A stretch of DNA of 64,000 nt from Antedon mediterranea (taxonomy: Eukaryota; Animalia; Echinodermata): NCBI RefSeq assembly GCF_964355755.1, contig NC_092677.1, positions 8,268,101-8,332,100 of the forward strand, read 5' to 3'. Positions 25,727 through 39,000 of the stretch are shown one piece after another. A model generated the notes under the pieces. The model did no database searches and was not told where the DNA came from. It saw only the letters and a list, made by a program, of their open reading frames with translations. Positions within the stretch are counted from its first letter, which is position 1, and the number at the start of each line of letters is the position of its first letter. The translations under genes were made by a program, and so were the position numbers.

Positions 25727-26155
25727 ATCAGATAGTATGCCTAACCTAAAATGATGTAATGTAAAACTACTAATGGAAATTACAAATAAGGTTCAAAGTG
25801 TTTAAAATAATGGCCAAATTACTCACACAGCTCACAATACATTATAATCAGATAGTATTACCTAAAGCCTAAAGGGATCTAATGTAATGCTCTGTCTACA
25901 CTATCAAACTTTGTGACAAAAAAATGTGATGTGCCCTTATATGGACATGATGAAGTCATATAACTACCATATTTGGCGATATCACTACCATATTTGGGCA
26001 CATTACACTTTTTTTTTTGGTCAAACTAGTTAGCTTAAGACTACTAATGGAAATTAAGAATACGGTTCAATGTGTTTAAAATAATGGCCAAATTACTCGT
26101 ACAGCTCACAATACATTATAAATCAGATAGTATTACCTAAAGTGATGTAATGTAC
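25727..26155. repeat. About 120-bp tandem duplication, second unit interrupted by a MITE
   Basis: Unit ATCAGATAGTAT...CTACTAATGGAAATT...GTGTTTAAAATAATGGCCAAATTACTC...CAGCTCACAATACATTATAA occurs twice, plus a partial third start. Confidence 0.85.
25888..26035. mobile_element. PIF/Harbinger-like MITE with TAA target-site duplication
   Basis: TAA|TGCTCTGTCTACACTATCAAACT...AGCT|TAA; the empty site is visible in the first repeat unit; same family as 38384-38534. Confidence 0.8.
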
Positions 26156-29100
26156 AATAAAGAGTATACTAATGGTATACATAGAAATTACATGTATTTA
26201 CTTCAGCTCTCCATACATGCATACATTTTGGTCATTGCTATTTTTAAATTTGTAATACACTGCTTTATATAGTTAAAAGCACTGCAATTGTACTGATATA
26301 CTTAGAACATTGTTATTGTATAGAGTCATGGAAATTCACAATGTTATAAATAATTTGTTACTGTATACAATTATTGATAGTTCTTGTTGTGTAACCACAA
26401 CAAGAACCTTTTTTAAAGGTTGATTAAAACTCAATTATTATTACAGTTAACAAAGGTGTTTTTTTATTGTGTATACTTGTGTCTATTAACCGTTTTGTGC
26501 ATCGTAGGAACTGTCGAATTATTCCTACAAAATAAAATATATCTTCACATTTTCAGTGTTTATTCTCACTTTAATCTGAAAAGTATGAGCAGCTATTCAG
26601 GCCAAAGAAAAGTAACACATAAAGCTACAACCAAGTTAATATTTATTAACCTTTAATATCTTTCTCTCCATAGGTGTGGGAAGAAGGTGAGGGAAGATTT
26701 TACACCACAAAACTAAATTTTGGTTATATATTTTAATATTTTTCTGCTCAACGTAGAAAACAAACAAACACTTTTTTAATTCTCTAAAACAAAACATTCT
26801 AACAAAAAATATCTTTCCTAAATAACTGATTTCACAATTACTGTATTACAGCCATGAAATTTCAAAGTAAGAAAAATACTTGAAAACATTTTAAATAGCT
26901 ATAGGGAAATGCTGTTAGAATTTATATTGGTCAAAAATGAAGGCCTCCAGGAAACAAGATAGAATACTATTAATAATTTGAACAAGGAAGTGTATAGAGA
27001 AAACTGCTTGATTGTGTTTCAACAAACATATACAATTTAAAGAATGGTTGAATGCAAATATACTGTAAAGTTTTGAAAAGCAGTTCATATGTTGATAATT
27101 CACATGCGTTTTCAACCTTTTGATAGACATTATTAAAAGAACTAGAGTGTGAACTCGGAGGGAATCTGAAGGGTAGCGCTTGGGTGCATGCTTCCCCTTT
27201 TAACGGCTAAATTGAAATATTGAATTCCTTCTTGATATCATTTTTAAACTTTTATATATTGTATGTACTGCATCTTATATCTGAGAAAATAATGAATACT
27301 ATATTGAGAACACATTTATTGCCAAATAAAAAATCAGTTTGATCCAGTTATAGTATTATTTTATTCAATAAACAATTCAATGCATATTATTACATACTGT
27401 TGCTAATGAGTATTAGTTTCTCAAATTTAGCTGCAGTGGCTGCATTTACGCAAATGGAAACGCACCTACTGAACTGAAAAAATCCATGTCAAATGGCATA
27501 CAGCATATGGCTCAGCCACCTGCATGTAAAATTCTGTTTGTATATTTCACAAAATATGACTTTTCTTTTTTAGCTTCACTCCATAAGTCTCTAAAGCACG
27601 ATGTTGTATGTATTGGATGTGTATGAAAACAAAAAATTGACCCCATGGTCTATTTAACTTACCACTTATAAAAAATATTTATTTTATTTTAAGTAAAAAT
27701 GGATAACTCTATCTGTACTCCATTTTTGCAAACACCCAGGTGGTCCCTGGGCAACAGGTCTTTCCACAATTCTGTTAAGGATCACAGGAAATAATGAAGA
27801 AGAAATGTTTTCCTGAAAGCTATTTTGCTGTTGTGAAAGTAAAAGTTTGTGAGCTATGCACTGGTCTTAAATCAACTGGTCATAAACTTCGTCTTATTAA
27901 CAATAAAACATGAAAATCAGTATATAAACCTATTTACAAATATGGTATGGAATAGGGTTATGGCAAAATGAATTGTGGATGGTGCCGTGCCGATGTATAA
28001 TAAGTGTATAATTTTGTCTAAAACAAGTACTCGTGCTCAGTGGGCGAGACGAGGATACACATTTTAAAGCGTCAAATTAACTCATACAATGATAAAGACT
28101 GTGGCTATAAATTGTATAACTCTGCAATACACTTTCTACAAGCCTACTTGATATTTTATGTCAAGCCACCAGAAAAGTTTTATTTTTTCGGTGATTCTTG
28201 TGTATATATACAGGACAACATGTTTTCCAAAAAATTAAGCAGATTCACCAATGATCGGAAAAATGAGAAGACATTAGACTACTATTCTTAAACACAGCAA
28301 ATCAATATCCAATATCACAGAATATGGTAGCATATATTTCAGTGTTTTTGCGTATAAACTCCACTATTTTGGTAACAGTCATCGATTGGTGTTATTCAAT
28401 CCCATCATGTTTCTTCCCTATTGAAAAAAATAAATAAAACAATAAAAAAATAGCATCACAAAGTAAATTGCAATTAGTCAACCATAGAGATAATTATTAT
28501 AATAGTATAAATAATGAATGTTTATGAGTGGAATGGTACAAATAATGACATGAGGTGAATGATAAAAGATTATATTTTAATGTCAAGCCACCAGAAAATG
28601 TGGCTGAGTTGAATTTTAAACTCTCGTCATTCACCGAATGTAAAATAATTTCCATACTCAAAATAATTTTAATTTTTGTTTAAAAGTATTATTTGATTGT
28701 TAAATAGTGCGTACTTTTGCACACCATGTGATCCACAATCGTCCAATCAGGTGTATAATATATAATACTATACACTATAATATCTCTGCGGTCAAAACAA
28801 GAGAACAGAAAGAAAAGGCCAATTTATCATTAGAGAATGATAGTACCTGTATTCACTAAAGCTCTCCATTGTGTTTCAGAAAAATGAATTAGGAATTAGT
28901 CAGAAAGGAACCAAGCCCTCTGAATATGATTCATTTGTCCAATAACGACTTATTTAGTATTGTAAATAGTCTGAAGGCAAATGCACTGTCTTCTCTCTTA
29001 ATAATAGAACAATTTTTTAAACATATTTCCAAGTTTTAATTTCAGGAAGGATCCTTTACATTTTATCTTGTTTTTTTTGTTTTGCTTCTGTTCGACAATA

Positions 29101-32092
29101 AATCAGTATACATAAAGATAATAATTATTATATTGTAAGTCTTGTATCTGCCACTCCTACATTCATGTGTACTACCAGGCCTACTATTAACTGTTACTAG
29201 GCCTAATTATGTTCTGCTTGATATGATCAATTACCTTTAGATTCAGAAAAATCAACGACTTGGAAAAATTTACTCTAGAATATTGAGGAAGTGTGTATGA
29301 AAAAATCCTATGGAATTTTGTTAAAAAATAACAAGTCAACATGAATCATTAACCATTACAACTAGTTGTATTATTGTAGATATTTTAAAAGGAAAGGTTG
29401 GTATTACAATTATACCACATTTGCACACAAAGTTGCAGTACAGTTGCATTTATTTGTAATTTCCTTAAAAAAGGAAGTAACCTATAATAATATTATCAAT
29501 ACTTTTTTATTATTATGTTTTATTGCCACTATAGTACCACCACAAACCTTATACTTTACAAATGTTTCTTTCCCATACAAACATTTAAACACATTGGAAC
29601 ACAACACTATAATTTACCTACTGTATTGTGGTAGTATTTAGTATGTTCCAGTTGATACGCAGCGGTCGGCGATTTCGTTCTATTAAGCCCAATAAGGCAC
29701 GATTTACAAATAGTTTCTTTCCAGGAGCTATTAGACCCTTAAACATCATGTAGACACTTTTTGTAATGTTTTTGTTTTGAGTTCGTGCTGTGTCCATTGG
29801 ATATTGTGCTCCGCCAACAGAGCAAACAGAATTTCTATGTTTTTTCTTAAAACAAAAAACAAGAAATGATACTTGACTTGACTTTAAATTAGAACTTAGA
29901 GTTCCACGGTAGAAAGTTTTTGTCTATCTTATGAAACCACAACATTTTGCCCTAGTCTAGGCCCTAGATGGCCATCCAGGTCTATATTCGTAAAAGAAAA
30001 ACATTTTGGCCTACATGGCGTTTCATACTTATGTGTATAGTTTTTGTTCACACACCTAACCACAACATTTTTAATGTAACAGTTTTGATTATTGTTCTTT
30101 CTTCATTAAATGGTGCTTTTTTATTGATATTTAATTTAATAATTTAAGAAATTTGTAGTGTTCTTATGCATCAGTCAGATTTGTTGGTGACTGGTTTGTT
30201 CGATCGGATGCAAATATCAACAACATTAAATTGATTTTAGCTGAATTGTCAGTTTGTACTACTGGACTATAATATGCAAAACAATACATTATTAAAAATT
30301 GAAAGAAATGCAGACCTTGTAATCTTGTTGAAACTCAAAACAAAACAAGGAAGCCATTATTTCAATATGCAGTTTCCATTTTGAAATACTCTAGTTTTGA
30401 TCTAAAAGTACCTCATGTTTGCTTTATAACAATAGTTTCATTTTATAACTCAGCTGATACTAAGACATTGTTTCATTGTTACACTGTATGTTGTTTGCAA
30501 AAAAATAGAATATATTAACCAAACTAACTAACACAACCAGTTGTGTTTACAATGTGCATAATTGATTTCATTTACCAATATATTATATACAAATGTATCT
30601 ATTGCAGTTACTGCAGTAACTGCATTTTGTTTACTCAGTAAACTAGCTTGTTCTGGGATTCTGAAATTGAAAACATTTACCAGATTGTATATTTCATTGC
30701 CATCAATAAGTAAATTAAACGTTTAAACCGATTTATCTGCTTCTCAATATTTTAGGTTGTATATCCTGTAATAAACACAAACAGGCATATCCAAGGGTAT
30801 AGTCCCAGTATATTCATATATGTAGGCTTCTCTTTAGTCAATTCAGATGCTTACAATCATTTTTTTCCTGAACAAGGGTTTCCCCGGGTATATTCCTATC
30901 CCCTAAAGTCAGGCCAATTTTGGCATCACTTGGTTTTAGCGTAAATTGTGTAAGTTCCATATATTGCAAAATGTGTTATTGAATTATCAAAAAGAAAAGT
31001 ACTGTCTTATGAAACTTGAGTTCAATGAAACAATTTACCCAAATCAAAAGTGCATTAGTCAAACATCAAAATGTACCTACAAAATCAGAACTTTTGATAA
31101 TGCCTGTCTACACGTCGACTGTTTACAAAACTGTAAATTACCGGATATCGCACATCTTATCACAGTTTAGTATACAATTGTCTGAAACTAAACTCAAGGT
31201 CTATTGTATGATCAAAGGTCTGTTTGATAATGTACTATAAATGTTATTAAACAACTCACACTAGACTGTAAACATTATCAAACAATGGGGAACATTTATA
31301 TAGGACTGGTTATACTGTAGTATCATCCTGGTTAACACCATGGCTTGGTGTTGAACTTGAAAATAAAAACAGATTGACATAAATTGGAACTAATATTCAC
31401 AATTTCCTAGAAAAGGGAAACACATTTTTAAAATGTAGTGACAATGTTGTTTGTTTATGTTTTTAGATGCAAATATTATATCAAACATGTGCAAATATTG
31501 ACTGGTCATAAGGGGAATATAGGGCAGTCAATATTTGTGTACTGTACATGTCTTATACTTGGATTATAAGTAGACTTATTTTCGCTGTCACTTTCATCTA
31601 GTATTAATTACCAGTCTTTGTTCATTAACTCAGTGAGTTACCTACAGTACATCAGCCATGTTTGTTCACTCAATCATATGCACAGTCAAAAGGCAAATAT
31701 TTCTTTTTTTCATATTGTTTTTTAGGCCATGTTTCCAAAACATCATTCAGATAATTTATAAGAAAGTTAAATGCACATGATCAGACATTACCAAATAATC
31801 AAGAGCTCAAATGTGATCTCATAGTAGTAATGTATCGCAATAGGTTTAGAAAATTACACATAGCAATAGGGAACTTACTATTATTGTGGGAAAAATCAAT
31901 TACAGTATTTGATAATTTCTAATCCACCCCAACTCCCCCACCCACCCCCCGAGAATCTAAACTGTCAATCATTTTACATCGCATAAATTACGCTACTATA
32001 GAAATCTACTTTTGACCGATCAGAAGCCTGTAGTATATATATGTAATATTTTATAGTATACTGATTTCTTTCTTAAAAAATGATTTACGTAC

Positions 32093-35000
32093 CACAGTAA
32101 AGGCAGCTGACGCTACGTCACCCATACTAGTTGCTACTGTTCCAATCTAATGAAAACAAAAAGAACTTTTTTAAATGCAATTATTTTGAGAAGGCTATAA
32201 GATTGGACCATAGATTTTGTTGTATTTCATTTTTTTAAAAAAAGTAAAAAAGACATCTCCGTTAAATTTATTTAGCCCCGCCTAAATCCTCTTCTATAAG
32301 CTGTCTTTTTCATATTTATTACTTACAGATGATGTAGATTTTGAAAAAGTATTTAAATCTGCCATTCTGTTATCCAGGAACTTCCAGGTGTCTTCAAAGT
32401 CTGGTGACGAATCTTGGATCAGGTGCATTTCAGTACTCTTGTACAAGGCCAGCAATGTTAGGCGTTTGCTATACCAATCCATCTAAACAAAAATTATTTT
32501 ATGGAAAGAAACAGCAAAAAATAATTTACACATTAAAAAAATATATATTCCCATATAATGGTTAACTTCTCTGCTTCAGGTCTATGTAGACCTAGTCTTA
32601 TGTAATAGTAACTTATCTGTTACAGATATCTGTCAGCCAATGGAATAAAATTGGTGTTAAAATACTGTAGTTGATTGCCATTAACTGTGTGAATCTACCA
32701 GCTACAGTATGTACACATTTGTGGACAGGCCCATTGAATTATAGTAGGTAAAATAACAAACAAGGATGGAAACAAATTGCAATTGATATACACATTTTAA
32801 TTAAATTAAATTGCCTCCTAGTTTTTAAGAGTTATGCCATTACTTTCCATGATAGATCCAAAGGACCCCAATGTTTTTAACCTTGGCCTCCACCAATTTT
32901 AAAATCATTGATCAACCACTGACAATAGAGATTTAACTAATTCATAACCTACTGTCGTATACAAATATCCATCTAAAACTTATATAGAATCTTCTATCAT
33001 AAGGAAGTACCATGGACAAAATAGGGATTTTCTGGACACAAACTGAAAGCATTGATGCAGCCTTTATTATATGCAGGCACTATGTTTCAGTTTTAAAACA
33101 AAACAAGAGGGCAGTATTATATAAAAAATTCACCCGTTTAAAAGATTATAATTATTGAATTATTCAAAAGATACATTATGAACTGTATGATTTTACTATA
33201 CAATATTTAAAGTATGGAATACCTATATTGGTGTACTTTAAATGACTATGATATGTATACACTGCTGTGGTGGATCTATTGTATTCTTAGACATATACAT
33301 CTGAAGCTCCTTAAGATTTTGCAGTTGAATTTTAAAATAAAATATACTATTTTGCTATATTTTAAGTATGGCAATCCTTGCTATACACGTTTAATAATTC
33401 AACACGATAAACTAGTACTGTACACTGTTGTGGTGAGTCTATTGTACACCTATAAACATTGGTCCTGAAGTTACTTTATGATTATGGTTACATATTTTTA
33501 TTTTTCTATTTTACATCACTTTGCACTTACATCTGTGGATTTGTCCCCTGCATGATACCATATGTCATCCATAAGAATAGACAGGTTTTTGAAATGTTCC
33601 AATGTGTTACTTGGTACTGCAGTGAGAGCCATTGCCCGTGGCCAGTGGTTAATATATGGGATGATCAAACGCAGGCGAAATTCAATAGCATCTCGAATGA
33701 TATGGGATACTTTCTTTTTTCTAATAAAAACATTTATATAATATATAGTTTATTACTGAAACTTTACATATGTTTTCTTTAGAGACATGAAGCATGCTGT
33801 AAGAGCTTAAACTGTCTATGGATATGGTTACATGAATGAGGGGGAATAACCTGTTTTTTAAGCATAACTATTAACTGGGCCAAAAAAAAAGTTTTTCCTA
33901 AGGAGGGGGTGGGGGGGGGGGGTCTTCATGTTTTCTTACTGACATGAAGCATGCAGTGTGAGAATGAAAACTTCCTATGGATATATGGTTACATGAATGT
34001 GGGGGGTGGGTGAATAACCTGTGTTTTGCAGATAACTGGGCTGAAAACACAAACTACTTTCACCTCCCCTAAGAGTCTCTTCATGTTGAGCAAACATTTG
34101 TGTGTCCAAAAGAACAGGTGCTGAGATCGACCAGTACAAACCAGTGTAACTCCCCAACAAGAGCCAGATGTGTACACTGAACCTCCAGTTTTAAATCCTT
34201 ATCCAAGAAGACGTTTTCCAACACCAAAACTATCGCGGAGGAACCTGTCCAAATTTTCATTTTTCCTCACCGCTCAACTCCACATGAGTAACTTACGGTA
34301 AATCAGGATGTTCCGCAATCTGTTTTGCTTCTTCTGCCAGGTGTTCTGCTAATTTCCTATTGCATTTGGCAACAAAGAAATGCAGAAGATCTCCTCCACC
34401 TCTTTCAAACATGCCATGTGCCACACCAGGATAACCGACAGCTATAGCTCCTTCCGAAAGAGCGTCGATTGACCAACCATATTTGGAGACAAACTGCAAT
34501 GACTCTTCAAGGATGAGTGCTTTTATGTCATCATCTGTGATTGGTTCTTCTTCATCATTGTCTTGTTTTTCATGATGGTCTGCAGAACTGGATAAGAATT
34601 ACAATCAATGTTTATTGTCATGTATGTAGTGTGGATTTTCCAAAATAAAGAGAAATGAAATGAATCCTTTAGTCATATTAATAATAATAGCAAATTGTTA
34701 AATTACATAATTTACAATTTACCTGCTTTTTCGACTGTGACAAAATCTTGTATCAAACGCTCCACATATTCTCACCTTCTTTAAAACTAACAGAAAGTTC
34801 ATTTAATTTACTGACTAGGCCTTCCCTATTGCATTCTGTATGAATTTAATCGACAGTGTGTGTTTATATGCTATATTATATATAGGCCTAGTAGTATATT
34901 TGTTAAACATACATTACATTGTGTTACCTTTTCTTGCTCTAGTATGAATATACAGTCAATTATTAGAAAATAAATAATGTTACAGACACAGTGAAACACA

Positions 35001-35481
35001 CAATGATTAATGAATGAGTGAAAAAATGCAGTAAAAAAAAGCCTTTTTAATTTTTAAAACAATAATTATCATTCCTTCTACTGTATTATCTATATTCTAT
35101 GACAGATGATATGGGTTTATGGAATACTAATAGTTCTAACGTTTGGCAAAAAGTTAGTCATGTCAGTATTTTATTTAAAAAACATGTATTCAGTTAGCCT
35201 GAATTCTAGGCATGACAGCAACTGCGATAACCGGGCCGTGAGTGAGTCATTCAGTTCGGCCCCGTCAATTTATATTCAGCAGCAGTTTAGTTAGCCGGCC
35301 TAGGCCTAGAGGCTAGCTAGCCTAGCCTCCTAGCTAGTAGTAGGCCTAGCTAGAGGACTTCAACTGAATATTGATTTACATGGGTACCTGTAGATGATCT
35401 AAGTGCTGATTTCACCGATTGATTAGCTATTGGTGTAGTATTAATTAATACTGGTCTTAAACATCTTAGATTTCTGAGCAT
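32093..35481 (-). CDS. COQ9: Ubiquinone biosynthesis protein COQ9, mitochondrial (terminal exon not resolved)
   Basis: Exons 35481-35388, 34786-34723, 34587-34297, 33720-33531, 32482-32327, 32146-32093. Basic N-terminus like a transit peptide (MLRNLRCLRPV); ILEESLQFVSKYGWS, GMFERGGGDLLHFF, IRDAIEFRLRLIIPYINHWP, LMDDIWYHAGDKSTD|MDWYSKRLTLLALYKSTEMHLIQDSSPDFEDTWKFLDNR. Confidence 0.92.
33784..34087. repeat. About 157-bp diverged tandem duplication in a COQ9 intron, with a G-tract
   Basis: GACATGAAGCATGC...TATGGTTACATGAATG...GAATAACCTG...TAACTGGGC...CTTCATGTT occurs twice. Confidence 0.75.
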
Positions 35482-36066
35482 TATGAGATTTTAACATTTA
35501 AGAAACAACACTTTCAACAATTTCTTCCACTGCTGCACTGTGTTTACATTTTTCTCCAGGAGAGTGGTCGTGGTCGGCGGTCATGCGCAAAACATCCCTG
35601 GAATAATTTATTAAGAATCGCTCCAGAGGCCACCTGATTAAAGATTGACTCATTCAGACTGGCTCACCATAATTTAAGGGTTGTCTGAAATATTATAGTA
35701 CCAATTATAAAGAATTGAAAATAGATAAAATATTAAGATTTATATTTAAATCTTAAATGTAAATTTTATAAACAAATTTGGCATATTTGTAGTTATTTAT
35801 CAATATTATGAATGATTATGTTTTTAGTGTTGCTAAAAAACCCCAATGTTAAAATGAACTACGCCGGATAATTGCAAGTATTATTTCCTAGTTCGAAGCA
35901 ACCGCCTGTGCTGAAAAGACGACTTTTGGAATAGATTTAACCACTGGTTAGAATACTTCCACTTCCGTGTTTATATGATTTATTTAATGTCTGAGAATTT
36001 CCTCTGTTCACTCCCAGTTAATGTTGTTTAGTTTCCTTATTAATTAAACGTGCCCTGACTTCAAAG
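35482..36066. promoter_or_regulatory. Probable bidirectional promoter between COQ9 and CARMIL
   Basis: Start codons are head to head about 585 bp apart; CpG-containing patches at each end; ETS-like CACTTCCG near 35960. Confidence 0.55.
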
Positions 36067-39000
36067 ATGGGAAGTTCAGAGGAATCGATGGGTAAGCTAT
36101 TTTTAGTTTTGGCTTTGGTTTGCTAACTTGTTTGGCATTGACAATCAGTTGGAGATGATAGAGAGGGGCAGGGCATGTCATGTGTGGTTTGTGTGGTAAT
36201 CTCAGCTCAACTTCTGAAGATTGCTTGGGCCTGGAGGATAGATGCAATAGGCTATAGGGATAAGCAAATTTGACAATATTATACAGTATTATTATATAGG
36301 CCTACATAATACATCACTGTTGGTGTGTGTGAATTCCATTAAAAATATTACAAACATTCATTCATAAAATGGTTGTTCAGAAATTTGATGTTATCTCCGC
36401 TATCTACGCCATCATCAGCAGAAGTATACTACTAGTCTGAAATTATTATTAACTAGGTCCTGGTCAACAGGCCGTAGCCAGGGTTTTTTTTGGGGGTTCC
36501 GGCGAACCCCCCCATTTGCGCGAACCCATCTTTTACCAGCAAACCCCCCTTAAAAAACAAAGGCCCCACTTTCAAAATCGTGCAATTAATTATCAATTAT
36601 AGAATACTGTAGTGTACTATATAATTTCTCTGCATAACTAAGATTTTAGTAGGTAAAAAATGTCAGTAAGCTGATTAAAACAACCGAAATTTCTCTGAGA
36701 GCCAAAGCTTTTATTAGACCCCGACCGCATTCTTGCTACGGGACTAGTCAATAAATTAAATATGTCGTCGTTCGTCCCTAGAAAATCCATTAAAATTGGG
36801 TTGAGGTAGGGAGCGAGGAAACGCGTACCAAAATCCATACAGTAGATGCGCACTGTTAGCAGAAAATTTTACAATGTTATTGACTATAAAAACTAACCAC
36901 AGATAAATACAAATTTATCTATACTTTGATCTGATATAAACATTTTAGTTTTTCTTTTTTCCATTCGTTTAGAAATTGTACGGGATGTACTAAAAGACAA
37001 ATTCCAGCATGGATTAGTAAAGTCTGTTAAATCAGAAAATAAACAAGGAAAAATTGAAAGTGGAATATTGGTAGGTAAAAATGCAAACCAGTCTGGTTGT
37101 GCAGGATGAACTTAGGGACCATGTCAAATTATTCTACTGCAGTTAGTGCAGTAAATAAATTTAGTTTTTTTATGTTTAATCTAATAATATGTAATTATTA
37201 TGTATGCTTTTTTGGGCAATCATACACGACTGTTTATAGCAGTGACTGCTTCAAAATCTTCTAAACAAATTATGGGACAATGACAACTTCTTTTAATCTT
37301 TGCACATTGTAGTATATTGCCTTTACTCCACCCAGGTGTATAAATGGGAACCCGGTTAGATCAAGACACAACTTTGCGCTGATTACTAGCTGCATTATGG
37401 GTGTATGTTTCCATACATGTTTGATCAGGAAAAATATCTGGGGTAATAGTATTCAGCGCTTAGAGGTTTCACAACATTAGGTGCTATATAAATCCAGGAT
37501 ATTATTATTATTATTACTGGCTGCAGTAGAATAATGTTGAAATGATCCCTAAATTATACTGTATTAGACAATAAGCAAAATGATTGATAAATACTCCGCA
37601 ATAATGCTTCTCTCATGAAACATTTTCTAAATAAGAATCCATGGATACGAATGTACACCAAAGATCACCATTTGTAAAATTCACATGCTGTATTGTTTGT
37701 TTATTTGGCTACTGTTTTGAATTCCTTTCACTTCTAAAAAACAATGACTTGTGCACCATATTAAAACTATTGAGTATTGACCAGATGTTGGTGAAAAGAA
37801 AGAAAAACAATGCAATACATTATAAATATTGCAGCATATTTTAAAATATTAGGATATGCATTATTTATTATGGCAGATAAGATTTTTATTTTTTTGAGTA
37901 TCTCCTAAAAATGATGAGAAAAGTGTGGCAACATTGAGCAACTTGGTTAATTTTCATATTTTTTAAATTGCCAATTCGTCATCCTCTTGATTTTGTGAGG
38001 GTGTGTGGCGCATTGTGTTTGACGTTCGTGAGATTTGAATCAAACGCTCGTCGGATTTAGCAGTAGCATTTCTTTATCATTTTGCATGCAATAATATTAA
38101 TAATCATATGCAAGATAGTTTCAAACTGTAATAAAAATGTAATTGTTTAAAATATGCATTAAATTGCACAACAATAGTATCACAATGTAAATGTACAAAC
38201 TACAATTGACTAATATAAACAATTATTTAAATTGTTATTTAAACAAAACAACCATTATTACTCTGTAGTTTCATTACATAATACATGTGTTTCTATTGAG
38301 CAAGAGAATATGGTTCTTCTTAGAATCATTTTGACATGGTCCCAGTATGTACTATCGTAATGTTCACAAATAAGAAAGACTTAAGCTCTGTCTACATGAT
38401 CAAACTAGTTTGACATGTGATGTGCCCATATATGGATGATGATGTCATCCCACTACCATATTTGAGCATATCACTACCATATTTGGGCACATCACATTTT
38501 TTTTGTCAAACTAGTTTGATGAATAGACAGAGCTCAAGAATATTATATGGTAATGGTGTGTTGTATAATCGATGCAGTTTACACCATTTATTTTCTGGGC
38601 AATTGGCTTAATAATTACTGGATGTGTAATCGTGCATACTGCTAGACTTACATATCGGTCTAAAGAAATCTTTATAAAATGAAAATTTCTTTTTTTTATA
38701 ATTGTTCAAAATAGATTTTTTTTGTTCATTTTATTGGGCCTTGGAAAGCATACAGTAATTGAGGCATGCCTTTTTAAAAGCAAATCAATTTTGTGTGCTC
38801 ATCATAGTGGACAGTACGTTGAAACATTTTTACATAAGGGAGTGGTGGCAAACTGTTTCATTATGGTACAAGGATAGAGCATCATGCTCTAGGAACTTTC
38901 AACTTTTGTATTAAATCCCTCTCTCTAAAGAACATGGGCTATTGTTGGTTTATCCTGGTACAAGTTCAGCACTCATTCTGTTGGATTGTGTTACCTTTAA

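Noticed and set aside
33905-33922. G/C homopolymer tracts (also about 46235 and 56544) as G-quadruplexes
   Set aside because: Simple homopolymers, prone to slippage and sequencing error; nothing indicates function.
34928-34938. 11-nt AG..GT-bounded microexon candidate in COQ9 intron 1
   Set aside because: It would shift the frame; exon 1 joins exon 2 in frame without it.
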